From the UHGV virus genome UHGV-0101699: a DNA stretch of 64,000 nucleotides; one strand, 5' to 3'. Positions 9,058 to 17,724 of this stretch are shown here, one piece after another. Position 1 is the stretch's first letter. Each line of letters opens with the position of its first letter. The translations under genes were made by a program, and so were the position numbers. The DNA comes from a virus. A model generated the notes under the pieces. The model was given only the letters and a program-made list of their open reading frames with translations, ran no database searches and was not told the DNA's origin.

Positions 9058-9675
9058 TTAATGGAAGGAGAAGTTTGCGAAGACGTCCTCATCAATGAGA
9101 CCTGTCTGCGATTCGATAACCTCAACTTCGTTAAAGCACTGATTTAAAATCATCAGGAGGTCAGAAACCGCCAGACGGTACTCAGTGATAGCATCACTCA
9201 AACGTTTCAGGTACGGATGTGGCAGTTCGGCGTCACGGATGAACTTGTTAACGAAGCCTTCTAAACCGCGTATGGACAGGTCAACGTTCTTCAAGTCCTC
9301 GTAACGGCTTTCACCGAAAGTATCGCGGATCTGTTCCGCACTGTAACCTGAAATGTTATGGGTCAACTGGACGTGTTTCGCCGTCAGCTCTGCGAGCCTT
9401 TGTTCAATATCCGCAAGTTGAGCTGCGGTGTCACTCTCAGCAACCGGAATACCTTCCGTTTGCGGCAGTCTGAACTCATGGGAATCTGCAAAACCGGGCC
9501 TCGTCGACCTTGTGATGCCGCCGAAACGAGGACGCATCTTAAATTTTGTGTGTACACGCTTCGGGAATGCTTTCGGAGTGCTATTTGCATTCGAAAAGCG
9601 TGAAGCGTTAGAAGTCACGGTAGCAAGAGCATTGCTAATGACATTCATATCTTCCAAGCAATTTTCTAAATGCAT
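9058..9675 (-). CDS. hypothetical 205-aa protein immediately upstream of and co-oriented with YafO-like gene (candidate non-canonical antitoxin/partner)
   Basis: ORF with AGAGG SD; 9-nt gap to downstream gene; no similarity to YafN/Phd noticed. Confidence 0.5.
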   Translation of the reverse strand: MHLENCLEDMNVISNALATVTSNASRFSNANSTPKAFPKRVHTKFKMRPRFGGITRSTRPGFADSHEFRLPQTEGIPVAESDTAAQLADIEQRLAELTAKHVQLTHNISGYSAEQIRDTFGESRYEDLKNVDLSIRGLEGFVNKFIRDAELPHPYLKRLSDAITEYRLAVSDLLMILNQCFNEVEVIESQTGLIDEDVFANFSFH

Positions 9676-9769
9676 AAAACCTCTTTACAGCTAAATGGCT
9701 CGTACCTAAGTGTACGCTCTGTTATCAAAAGCGACAAATCAAAACGGCCCCAAACGGAGCCGTATTGTA

Positions 9770-10015
9770 TTACAGAGTGCTTGCGAAAGCAGCAAATTCT
9801 GTGTAACCGCCGATTGGAACATCGTCCAAAAACACCTGGGGAATGGTTTCTACCGGCTTCCCAACCATGCCACTCAGCTTTTGCTTATCGATCCCGGCAG
9901 CGACAATATCGATGTACTGATATTCGCCATATCCATGCCCCTGCAGCTGCTTCGCCAGCTCAACTGCCCGCTTACAGAAGGAGCAATTATCTCGGCCATA
10001 AATCACACACTTCAT
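9770..10015 (-). CDS. nrdH: glutaredoxin/NrdH-like redoxin
   Basis: 81 aa; MKCVIYGRDNCSFCKRAVELAK (CxxC active site in thioredoxin-fold context). Confidence 0.7.
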   Translation of the reverse strand: MKCVIYGRDNCSFCKRAVELAKQLQGHGYGEYQYIDIVAAGIDKQKLSGMVGKPVETIPQVFLDDVPIGGYTEFAAFASTL

Positions 10016-10398
10016 TGTTTTGCCTCGTTAAATCTTTGTTTTAAGAGATATCCTTCAAGTGGCCAGATTTTAGCGACTGCGTTCTGGCGCGCAATCTTAC
10101 GACCGATCTCCGGATCAAAGTTTTCCGGGCTTGCACAAGCTGATTCACCGGTAACGATGAATCCGTTCTCCAACACCAGTACACAAAACGTCAGTAATTT
10201 AAGCGACTCAAGATCAGCGTCGCCAGCAACTGGCACCTCTTTGCCGGCATAGGTCCCACTTGCCAGGGCGCCAGATCTGCCATCAAAGGCCGTAAAATAA
10301 TGTTCGGCGCGGATAACGCTTTGGATACGTTCTGGGGTTACTCGCGCGGCCGTTTTTCCCTTGGCCACGATTTCTTTTTCGATTTCCATGTCAGTCAT
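10012..10398 (-). CDS. hypothetical conserved phage protein (128 aa)
   Basis: ORF with AAGGAAACAAAATG TIR; start overlaps downstream stop. Confidence 0.5.
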   Translation of the reverse strand: MTDMEIEKEIVAKGKTAARVTPERIQSVIRAEHYFTAFDGRSGALASGTYAGKEVPVAGDADLESLKLLTFCVLVLENGFIVTGESACASPENFDPEIGRKIARQNAVAKIWPLEGYLLKQRFNEAKQ

Positions 10399-10407
10399 TT
10401 TGTTTCC

Positions 10408-11184
10408 TTACAGATAAGCTTGAAGCGCCACTTTGCATAGCTCAGAGCGCACGCAATCTTCGGCCGTGAACTCAATGAGCCCTACTTGGCGAGATGGCTG
10501 GAACCGCTGCAGGGCGTCCTCAAGACCAGATTTAACATTACCCGGCAGGTCGCATTGCGTTACATCACCATTCACGATGACTGTTACGTTCTCACCCATC
10601 CGAGTTAGGAACATCTTCATTTGTGACGCCGTCACGTTCTGGGCCTCATCGAGGATGACCACAGCATTTTCGAACGTGCGACCGCGCATATATGCGAAAG
10701 GTGCGATCTCGACTTTGGCCACTTCTGGTTTGAGGCAGTATTCGAGAAATGAAGCGCCCAGGCGCTTCTGGAGCACATCGTAGACGGGACGAAAGAACGG
10801 AGCGAACTTCTCGGCCATATCGCCAGGCAGGAAGCCCAAATCCTCCTCTGCCTGCAGTACGGGGCGCGTAACGATAATTCGCTCTACTTCCTTATCGAGT
10901 AATCGCTGTGCCGCGACTGCCGTCGCCAGGAAGGTTTTACCGCAGCCGGCTTCGCCAGTGGCGAACGTCAGTGCTTTGCTATCAAGGGAGATAAGATAGT
11001 GGGCCTGGGCCTCATTGCGTGCCTCTATGGGGGAAGTGTCACGCTTCGGTTTTGGGGGCAGAGCAGGGGCGGCGGTGGCCAGCTCGTCTACGATAATAGT
11101 GTCGATCTCGTATCCGAGAATACGCGATTTTGACTTAAGCGCCTGGCGAGCTGCACGTCGCGCCTGTTTACGTTTGTTTCCCAT
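10408..11184 (-). CDS. phoH: PhoH-family ATPase
   Basis: Walker A GEAGCGKTFLA, Walker B ILDEAQN; ORF extends to 11280 but terminator hairpin at 11284-11301 and MGNKRKQARR start at 11184 favour shorter form. Confidence 0.8.
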   Translation of the reverse strand: MGNKRKQARRAARQALKSKSRILGYEIDTIIVDELATAAPALPPKPKRDTSPIEARNEAQAHYLISLDSKALTFATGEAGCGKTFLATAVAAQRLLDKEVERIIVTRPVLQAEEDLGFLPGDMAEKFAPFFRPVYDVLQKRLGASFLEYCLKPEVAKVEIAPFAYMRGRTFENAVVILDEAQNVTASQMKMFLTRMGENVTVIVNGDVTQCDLPGNVKSGLEDALQRFQPSRQVGLIEFTAEDCVRSELCKVALQAYL

Positions 11185-11283
11185 ATTGAGTCCTTTCAAG
11201 TGAGTAACCAGACGAACTATACCTAAAAGAGAACGCAAAAGTAAGTAAGTAGTTACATAACAACAAGAGCGCTTATGCAAGAA

Positions 11284-11301
11284 AAGGGGCCGAAGCCCCT
11301 T
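11284..11301. terminator. GC hairpin AAGGGGC-CGAA-GCCCCTT with flanking T-runs on both strands (terminator of tRNA transcript)
   Basis: read directly. Confidence 0.5.
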
Positions 11302-11456
11302 TGGATTTTGCGCTGAAAAAGTGTTGCTAAGATGCTAGAAGCTATGGTTAAAGAACGTCTGCCGTAATGTCTATCACAGCGTTGAGCGGTCTGGCCATGG
11401 TGACAGGCGGAGTCTTTTCGATAAGAAAAACAAAACCAAACCGCTCAACGCTGTGT

Positions 11457-11543
11457 TGGCGGAGGATAATGGAATCGAACCATCATCGCTTTCGCAATGG
11501 GACGGTTTTCAAGACCGCTTGGGCGCCATGCCCTCTATCCTCC
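11457..11543 (-). tRNA. tRNA-Ser (anticodon UGA), type II with long variable arm
   Basis: reverse complement GGAGGAT...GCGGT-CTTGAAA-ACCGT...GATGG-TTCGATT-CCATT-ATCCTCC-G-CCA; acceptor, anticodon and T arms pair; CCA encoded. Confidence 0.65.
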
Positions 11544-11690
11544 GTTCGTTGTGACGCCAGATGCTTATCTTCTGGTTGCTTCAACGAGCTGCAATTCATC
11601 ACAACGGTAAGGGCATTCAGGGAATCAGATCCGTCGCGAACAGCCAAAGAGCGCGCCTTCCTTGCTGTCGTCCAAATACCCTTACCGTTG

Positions 11691-11765
11691 TGGCGATGGT
11701 GGGTGGATTCGAACCACCGACCAGTTGATTAACAGTCAACCGCTCTACCACTGAGCTACACCATC
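11691..11765 (-). tRNA. tRNA-Asn (anticodon GUU)
   Basis: reverse complement GATGGTG-TAGCTCAGTGGTAGAGC-GGTTGACTGTTAATCAAC-TGGTC-GGTGGTTCGAATCCACC-CACCATC-GCCA. Confidence 0.75.
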
Positions 11766-12037
11766 TAAGGTTGACACCGTCAGCCTCTGTCGATTCACGG
11801 ACTTGTGGGGCTGTATCGCCGATTCACCGGTGTCGTTCGCAGCAGTCCTACCGCTTTCTGCCACTTGTGCTTTACGTATTCACCAAACGCTTACAAGCCA
11901 AGATCTTCAAATACTCTCCGAGGGTTGAGGAGGGCTTTCTTTCAGATCTAATTGGATGTATGGAATCATTTAATCGTTGTGGCCACGGGGCAGTGACAAC
12001 AATGGCTATAACCAGAAGGATAATGAATCCGTGACCA

Positions 12038-12130
12038 CAACGTTGAGACCACTGGACGGATTAATGTACTTGGCCCTACATGTCTGCCGGTTCTGCCTCT
12101 GTGATGCAAAAACCAGTGGTCTCAACGTTG
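12038..12130. repeat. 18-bp perfect inverted repeat CAACGTTGAGACCACTGG (12038-12055) / CCAGTGGTCTCAACGTTG (12113-12130), 57-nt spacer, inside ~900-bp non-coding stretch
   Basis: read directly. Confidence 0.8.
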
Positions 12131-12694
12131 CGTGCTGGCTCACCTAACCAGCCGGGTTACGTCGCCATTTTTAACCCAAAACTAAACGACATAAGTAACA
12201 GAAATGACGTAACAGGATAGACGGTCGGGCCTTTGGGAGCCGGGATGTGTTGGACATAAAACCCAACCGCCCATTCTGTTACCTCATCGGTAAGGGCACT
12301 GGTTAACCAGATGCCCTACCTGCGTTTTGCAATCACACTCGCTTAGTGTGTCCCATTTCGGTGACGAGGCTGGAAACTGACCTCGCTGGTGTTTAGCTTT
12401 TTAGGCTACTGCCAGGTACTGATTGTCGTTTGCAGTTATCTTTAAACGTTCAAACAGTCGCGTTTCAACGAAAACAAGCCAATCATAGTTGTATCAATTT
12501 AATAAGTAAATACTTACCTATTATTTCATACGTCAGTTTGATCATTTTTTGATCAGTACTGGCTTCTCATCCTGCGTCCGTTGGATTGTGGCCGTTAAAC
12601 GTTTGACTCTGATCAATCGCACTTTCTTAGATCTGTAGCAGTCACCTGTTCTACGTTGTTAATACATTTTGTCGTCTATGAACGTATAAGTGAT

Positions 12695-13111
12695 TCACAC
12701 AATTTTACTTATCCATCCTTCGATAACATCATAGGCCACATAGCTTTTCGCGATAACAGTTGTCGCTATTACAAAGAACCATTTATGCTTTCCCACAAAT
12801 CTTTTCACCTTTTCATATTTACTCAGTGATCCCTCGTAATACTCAATCAGAGTAATCCACTGCTGAATTTGCTCTTTATAATGATTACAAAGATTTTTAT
12901 TTATTTGGGCTTGCTGCAACGACCGACTCCTAGACAACCAACCACCAGTAACTGGTGGCTTAATTTCAGGCAGTTCAGTATCAAATTTAGTACGTTGTTG
13001 GTTAAGCCGATCAACAACAACACGAAGTTCATCTGCGGTGAGATCATTACGAGCATAAATATCTTTCAGTTGAGCTAGTGTCATATGAAGCACTCTTTTG
13101 GTTGATGACAT
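12695..13111 (-). CDS. hypothetical protein (138 aa) with C-terminal hydrophobic segment
   Basis: ORF; AT-rich. Confidence 0.45.
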   Translation of the reverse strand: MSSTKRVLHMTLAQLKDIYARNDLTADELRVVVDRLNQQRTKFDTELPEIKPPVTGGWLSRSRSLQQAQINKNLCNHYKEQIQQWITLIEYYEGSLSKYEKVKRFVGKHKWFFVIATTVIAKSYVAYDVIEGWISKIV

Positions 13112-13262
13112 TAATTATACCATCTTCAGATATGCTCTGTAGGAGTCGCCCCGTGGAGCTACAGAAATGTAAGTTACGGGCAAACTTCTTAATCAAGTCA
13201 TGACAGATGATGAAGCCAAGGGCGACGCCTCCAAAAAAAGACAATACGATGTATGGAATCAT
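13047..13262 (-). CDS. small membrane protein (71 aa) starting MIPYIV
   Basis: AGGAG SD 9 nt upstream; ATGA overlap with upstream gene; N-terminal TM helix; overlaps 12695..13111 ORF in another frame so one start is probably wrong. Confidence 0.4.
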   Translation of the reverse strand: MIPYIVLSFFGGVALGFIICHDLIKKFARNLHFCSSTGRLLQSISEDGIINVINQKSASYDTSSTERYLCS

Positions 13263-13474
13263 GAGTATTCTCCTGCTTCAATCAGTTGCTCAAGCAGCTC
13301 TCGCCCCTTATTCGTTAACTGGTAGTTCTCTGCCTTTCCTTCCGGTTCGACATTGGCCACCAGGTTCATCTGTTCGAGCTTGGCTCGTGTCTTGGGTTTC
13401 CAGTTAGCGTAGAAACATGACCATTGGCTGATTTCACGCAGGGTTTCCTTCTCTCGCTTACTCAGGACGATCAT
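13259..13474 (-). CDS. hypothetical protein (71 aa)
   Basis: ORF. Confidence 0.45.
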   Translation of the reverse strand: MIVLSKREKETLREISQWSCFYANWKPKTRAKLEQMNLVANVEPEGKAENYQLTNKGRELLEQLIEAGEYS

Positions 13475-13576
13475 CGCCAGTCTCCTTTAGCGTGTCAGTA
13501 ATGTCGATGATGCGGTATACGCGGCCACGTCTTTCCATCAGCCCGCGCTTCACGTAATCGTTGATGCAGCTGAGCA

Positions 13577-14899
13577 TCATTCTTTATCTCCGACACGTTC
13601 TTCGGTATCGCGAAGGCATTTGGGCCACTTAAGCCGCGGATGACGCAGACTGCCATCTGGCGTGTACTCGTGAAAATTCACCTTAACAATACGGCCCATG
13701 TACTTGTCCTGGTTATGCCAGATCTCATCGAGGTAGCGATGTTTGATTCCAGAAGCGCGAACCTCGGTTCCATCTTCGAGGCGAATAACGATTTTGCCGA
13801 GCGTATGAGCAAAGCCGGCATCCGGATCTCCGGGTAGAAAGCCGATAATCTCCCCATCAGCTTCGTTTTCATCTTTTAGTTTCCACCAGCTGCGGGTGCG
13901 CTTGAACTCGTATACAGAATCCGGGTCTTTGCCCATCTCTCCTTCTTCGTTATCGTCCAGACGCTTCATAAACCGCTCTACAAAGTCTTCATGGCTATAG
14001 ATGATGTAGAAGGGGTGCATATGAATGTCAGTCGCGTAATCCTGGCCGCGTGTATTTCTGAACCAGGCCACCAACAGTGAAAGGCGCTGTTTCAGCTTCA
14101 TACCGTTCTTCTGGTATTCGACTGTTTTAGCCTGTACGCGCCACTCTGGTAGGAAGAAATCGAAGATATGATAGGTTGCGCCAACCGCCTTCACGTTCTT
14201 CTTGCGTAGCGCTGAGACTGAATTGTTAAAAGAACCTGCAGTACCTTCACCATCGAAAAAGATGTGTTTGTAGCCGGAGAGTTTGCCCAGCTCCAGCATG
14301 GCAGGTTTCAGGTGATCGAGAGATGTAATCGGGTTTCCGGTACGCGACAGAAAGTTAACCTCTTCCTCGTCCACGATCACTTCACAAATAACCCGAAGAC
14401 CATCCAGTTTGAGGCTGCCTATCATTGGCCATCTGGCTTTGGGATTCGCCTTAAATGGGTACTTGTCGCCTTTTTCTTTATAGGCGGTGGACAGCTGCAC
14501 CTCAAACTTTGGGATCGGGTTGGCGAATACCTTATTGCATAGACTTATGCCGACGCCGGCTTTCGGGTCTTTCAGCAGGAACCGGCGAAATACGTCCTGA
14601 CCGTCTGCACACATCGAAGCAACCAAAGACTCGACCGCAGTAATGGCTGCGTTCCCCGTAAGCTCCCGGGCAGCCAGTTTCTCCAGCAGCTCTATCGCTT
14701 TCTGATCACTGGGTACGGACTTGCTAAGTGGATCGGCCACTTTGTATTTCTTCACCCCGAAACGAACAAATGGGTTCAGCATGAGTGACACCATTCTTTG
14801 TTCGAAGTCATCCATACTGGCCAACGCCTCTTTCTTGGCGTTCGTTCCCATTGTTTTAATGGCGTCCAGCTTATGTTTAAGCGCGATCAGCTTCTCCAT
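13577..14899 (-). CDS. lig: ATP-dependent DNA ligase
   Basis: 440 aa; motif I KxDG in WPMIGSLKLDGLRVICEV. Confidence 0.8.
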   Translation of the reverse strand: MEKLIALKHKLDAIKTMGTNAKKEALASMDDFEQRMVSLMLNPFVRFGVKKYKVADPLSKSVPSDQKAIELLEKLAARELTGNAAITAVESLVASMCADGQDVFRRFLLKDPKAGVGISLCNKVFANPIPKFEVQLSTAYKEKGDKYPFKANPKARWPMIGSLKLDGLRVICEVIVDEEEVNFLSRTGNPITSLDHLKPAMLELGKLSGYKHIFFDGEGTAGSFNNSVSALRKKNVKAVGATYHIFDFFLPEWRVQAKTVEYQKNGMKLKQRLSLLVAWFRNTRGQDYATDIHMHPFYIIYSHEDFVERFMKRLDDNEEGEMGKDPDSVYEFKRTRSWWKLKDENEADGEIIGFLPGDPDAGFAHTLGKIVIRLEDGTEVRASGIKHRYLDEIWHNQDKYMGRIVKVNFHEYTPDGSLRHPRLKWPKCLRDTEERVGDKE

Positions 14900-15366
14900 T
14901 AGTCGGTCTTCTCCTTTAAGGTTTCTTTGATAAGTTCTGAATAAATCTCGCTGGCATCCGGCAGTCTGCCAGTTTCAGCAACGGTCGAAGATTGGCGCTT
15001 CCCTTTAATTCCACTGTAGATAGATGCACTGCCTCTCTTCGGCTGCAGAGTTCTTGCTGTTCGGTTTCTTTCCTCCACCTCTTCAATGAGCGCCGGCATA
15101 TCGACGAAATACAGCGACTCACCTTGCCGGATTTCCTCCACCATCATTTTCAGCGCCTGGCATTTTCCGGCCGAAATGGCGTTCGCACAGGAGGTGAACG
15201 ATGACGCCGGCAGTCGCTTCTCTTTGAAGGCAAGGATCGTGTGCTGACAGACGGTGTAGCTGCAGTACGAGGCATGTCCGTTAAGCTTCACTTCCGGGCA
15301 ACGCAGCGAGTAGCCGTTGAGTCCAGAGATCGAAGGGATTTTTGATAAGTCAGTTTTGGTAGCCAT
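14899..15366 (-). CDS. hypothetical protein (155 aa)
   Basis: ORF, stop/start overlap with ligase. Confidence 0.45.
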   Translation of the reverse strand: MATKTDLSKIPSISGLNGYSLRCPEVKLNGHASYCSYTVCQHTILAFKEKRLPASSFTSCANAISAGKCQALKMMVEEIRQGESLYFVDMPALIEEVEERNRTARTLQPKRGSASIYSGIKGKRQSSTVAETGRLPDASEIYSELIKETLKEKTD

Positions 15367-15441
15367 TTCTCTAAACGATAATCTTGTACTTACTAATCAG
15401 TTTAAATAACTCTGTACGGGGACACAGTACATAGTCACGGC

Positions 15442-16230
15442 TTACCAGGTGGCCCAGCCGGTCATCTTGTCACTTGCGGCTTCGTATCGATAAGGGGTTA
15501 GCAGGTCGTTTGCAGCATGAACGGCGTGGGATTTTGCTTCCTGAATCAGCATAGGCATTTCATTGGCCAAACGACTGATCTTACTTGCGTATTGCGCTAA
15601 AACCCCATCACAGACGCGGCCAGCCTCAACGATCACGTTGATTAAATCCAGATCACTACGACACAAGTCGCAGATACGCCCATAGTCCAGCTCACGAACA
15701 CGCGCTATAGCCTTGTTATAATCTCCAGACATAATCATTTCCAACAAGCCTGGTGGTGCCACCAGATCTACATGGCGCTTTTCAACATCGGGAGAGGTCA
15801 TGACGCTGACGAAAGCCTCTCCTACTGTTTCGCATTTGCTTTCTATGGCTCTTAGAGTCCCGTCCACGCTATTCTCAAGCATTTCCCTGCTTTCCATCTG
15901 GTAGCAGTTTGAGAAGATGATTTTGTCGTCATACCAGGCGCCAAAACGCGCGACTGGCCCAATGCCAGCCTCAAGCGACGGGACGATGAACGCAACCAGA
16001 GCTACACGCTTTTGAACAGTACCAGGCATTTCAGGCGTCTTTGCGTACCACACCACCACTGACGTATGTGTCGCCCCTTCTTTGAGAGGAATGCAGGATA
16101 GCGCATTCGATATATGCTCTGATGCCGTGTTGAATGAGGCATCGATGATGCTCTCCAGTTCGCTCACGCCAAGCTCTACGCCTGACTTCTTGATCATCTC
16201 TAAAACTGCCTGTTCGATATCTTCTTTCAT
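15442..16230 (-). CDS. hypothetical protein (262 aa)
   Basis: ORF. Confidence 0.5.
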   Translation of the reverse strand: MKEDIEQAVLEMIKKSGVELGVSELESIIDASFNTASEHISNALSCIPLKEGATHTSVVVWYAKTPEMPGTVQKRVALVAFIVPSLEAGIGPVARFGAWYDDKIIFSNCYQMESREMLENSVDGTLRAIESKCETVGEAFVSVMTSPDVEKRHVDLVAPPGLLEMIMSGDYNKAIARVRELDYGRICDLCRSDLDLINVIVEAGRVCDGVLAQYASKISRLANEMPMLIQEAKSHAVHAANDLLTPYRYEAASDKMTGWATW

Positions 16231-16276
16231 GTGATGTCCTCCACAACCAGAAATAAAATTATTACATGAAAATATG

Positions 16277-16290
16277 TAAGTAGCTACTTA
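16277..16290. promoter_or_regulatory. TAAGTA-family palindrome TAAGTAGCTACTTA
   Basis: perfect 14-bp palindrome in divergent region. Confidence 0.5.
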
Positions 16291-16518
16291 TCAAAAGACA
16301 GCGAAGAGGGACATAATGGCACCAACCCAACACAGCAGTGCATAGGCCACAAGAGCGTTTAGCTCGGAGCGAAGCTATCTATCAAGACTTAACCTTACTA
16401 ATGCTGTTCGTACTCTGCTAACATCTTAAAGCGCACAGCAATGTGTCAGGGTATTGACCACCCTGATTGATAACAAACGCCATAAAATCAGAATGCGTTT
16501 TGCATAGAAGAGGAAGGT

Positions 16519-17685
16519 ATGACTTTGTGGACTGACTCATATCAAAGTTCAATTGACTCAATCAGTAATTTTATCGACAATAATTTCACACATTATAATG
16601 AAATTCCCGAAAATTTATCTCGCCTAGATGATTCAGTGTTAGCGGATTGTATAATTGTAGTTGCATGGCGATACTTTAAAAACTTATACATTCATCGCCG
16701 AGACTCGCTTAACAAATACACTTCATATAATCAGAAATTTTTACACCAAGGCAACACCCCTAGCTTACAAGAACTAAAAGATGATAAATTTTACTTCCTA
16801 AATAAAATTCTAAGAATATTATTTGAGTACAACTTTTGGGCTTCTGATGATTTTGGCCCGCCCATGTTCTTAAGCCCTGAAATTCTAGAAAAACTGGACA
16901 AGCTAAAACCACCATCAGATTTCCAGGTTAATTTCATTTGGATCGAGCGATCTATGCCTGCGGCTTTGACAAAAGATTTATTGCTATCCGATAAATTTTC
17001 ATACTTAACCAAAATTGCAGTTGACGTAGAAAACTTCGAAAGCACCATATCTCAAAACATTGAAAATGGGCTTAAAGATGTCGAAAATAAAACGAATGAA
17101 TTAAGAGAGCAAATCAATGAACTTATACAATCTTCCAACTCGTCAATACAATCCTTAGACGAATATGATTCCAAACTAAAAGAATATAAAAGTGATTATA
17201 ATTTTGTTCTGTTGAGCAAAGCATTCTCAAGCTTACGAGAAAAAAAAAGAAGAGAATTCATGTTTAATAATTTTATCGTCTTGGTTTTTTCGCTATTTCT
17301 AACTTGTATCCCCCTGATTGCCTTAGCGAATCACATAAAAGGCTGGTATATTGTCGAATTAAACTTGAATTCGCTTGCTTATTACTTGCCGCTACTTTCA
17401 CTAGAGTTGTTAATGTTCTATTTCATGCGCCTTTATTATATTGAAGGGAAGGCTATTAAAGCTCAATTGCTTCAGATAGATCAACGCCTTAGTCTGTGTG
17501 AGTTTATACATGATTATGTTGAGACCAAAAAGAACTCTGGTGCTGAAAAGGAATCCTGGTCGCTTTTTGAGAAGTTGATTTTCAGCCCAATACAGGTTAC
17601 CTCTGAAAATATACCGTCTTTACTGGATGGTGCATCATCTATTGCCGAGTTAGCAGGAAAAGTATTGTCCAAAGATTCTAAATAG
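16519..17685 (+). CDS. AT-rich opposite-strand moron: 388-aa protein with N-terminal soluble domain, coiled-coil and two TM helices (candidate abortive-infection/exclusion or defence effector)
   Basis: very low GC versus flanks; TM segments FMFNNFIVLVFSLFLTCIPLIALA and YLPLLSLELLMFYFMRLYY; own upstream region with TCAGGGT-n7-ACCCTGA inverted repeat (16447-16467); strong terminator downstream. Confidence 0.7.
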   Translation: MTLWTDSYQSSIDSISNFIDNNFTHYNEIPENLSRLDDSVLADCIIVVAWRYFKNLYIHRRDSLNKYTSYNQKFLHQGNTPSLQELKDDKFYFLNKILRILFEYNFWASDDFGPPMFLSPEILEKLDKLKPPSDFQVNFIWIERSMPAALTKDLLLSDKFSYLTKIAVDVENFESTISQNIENGLKDVENKTNELREQINELIQSSNSSIQSLDEYDSKLKEYKSDYNFVLLSKAFSSLREKKRREFMFNNFIVLVFSLFLTCIPLIALANHIKGWYIVELNLNSLAYYLPLLSLELLMFYFMRLYYIEGKAIKAQLLQIDQRLSLCEFIHDYVETKKNSGAEKESWSLFEKLIFSPIQVTSENIPSLLDGASSIAELAGKVLSKDSK

Positions 17686-17690
17686 CCATG

Positions 17691-17715
17691 TTGGCTGCCC
17701 AAAGAGGGCAGCCAA
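17691..17715. terminator. bidirectional hairpin TTGGCTGCCC-AAAGA-GGGCAGCCAA between convergent genes
   Basis: 10-bp perfect stem, 5-nt loop. Confidence 0.7.
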
Positions 17716-17724
17716 CAATACACT

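Noticed and set aside
11598-11691. Possible third tRNA between tRNA-Ser and tRNA-Asn
   Set aside because: I could not fold a cloverleaf and found no T-loop consensus. Recorded as a 14-bp inverted repeat instead.
11367-11732. 121-aa plus-strand ORF
   Set aside because: Overlaps both tRNA genes and the long inverted repeat. Almost certainly not coding.
11771-12034. 87-aa plus-strand ORF in the post-tRNA non-coding stretch
   Set aside because: No RBS. It crosses the repeated 15-mer and the region has non-coding character. Kept only as a doubt.
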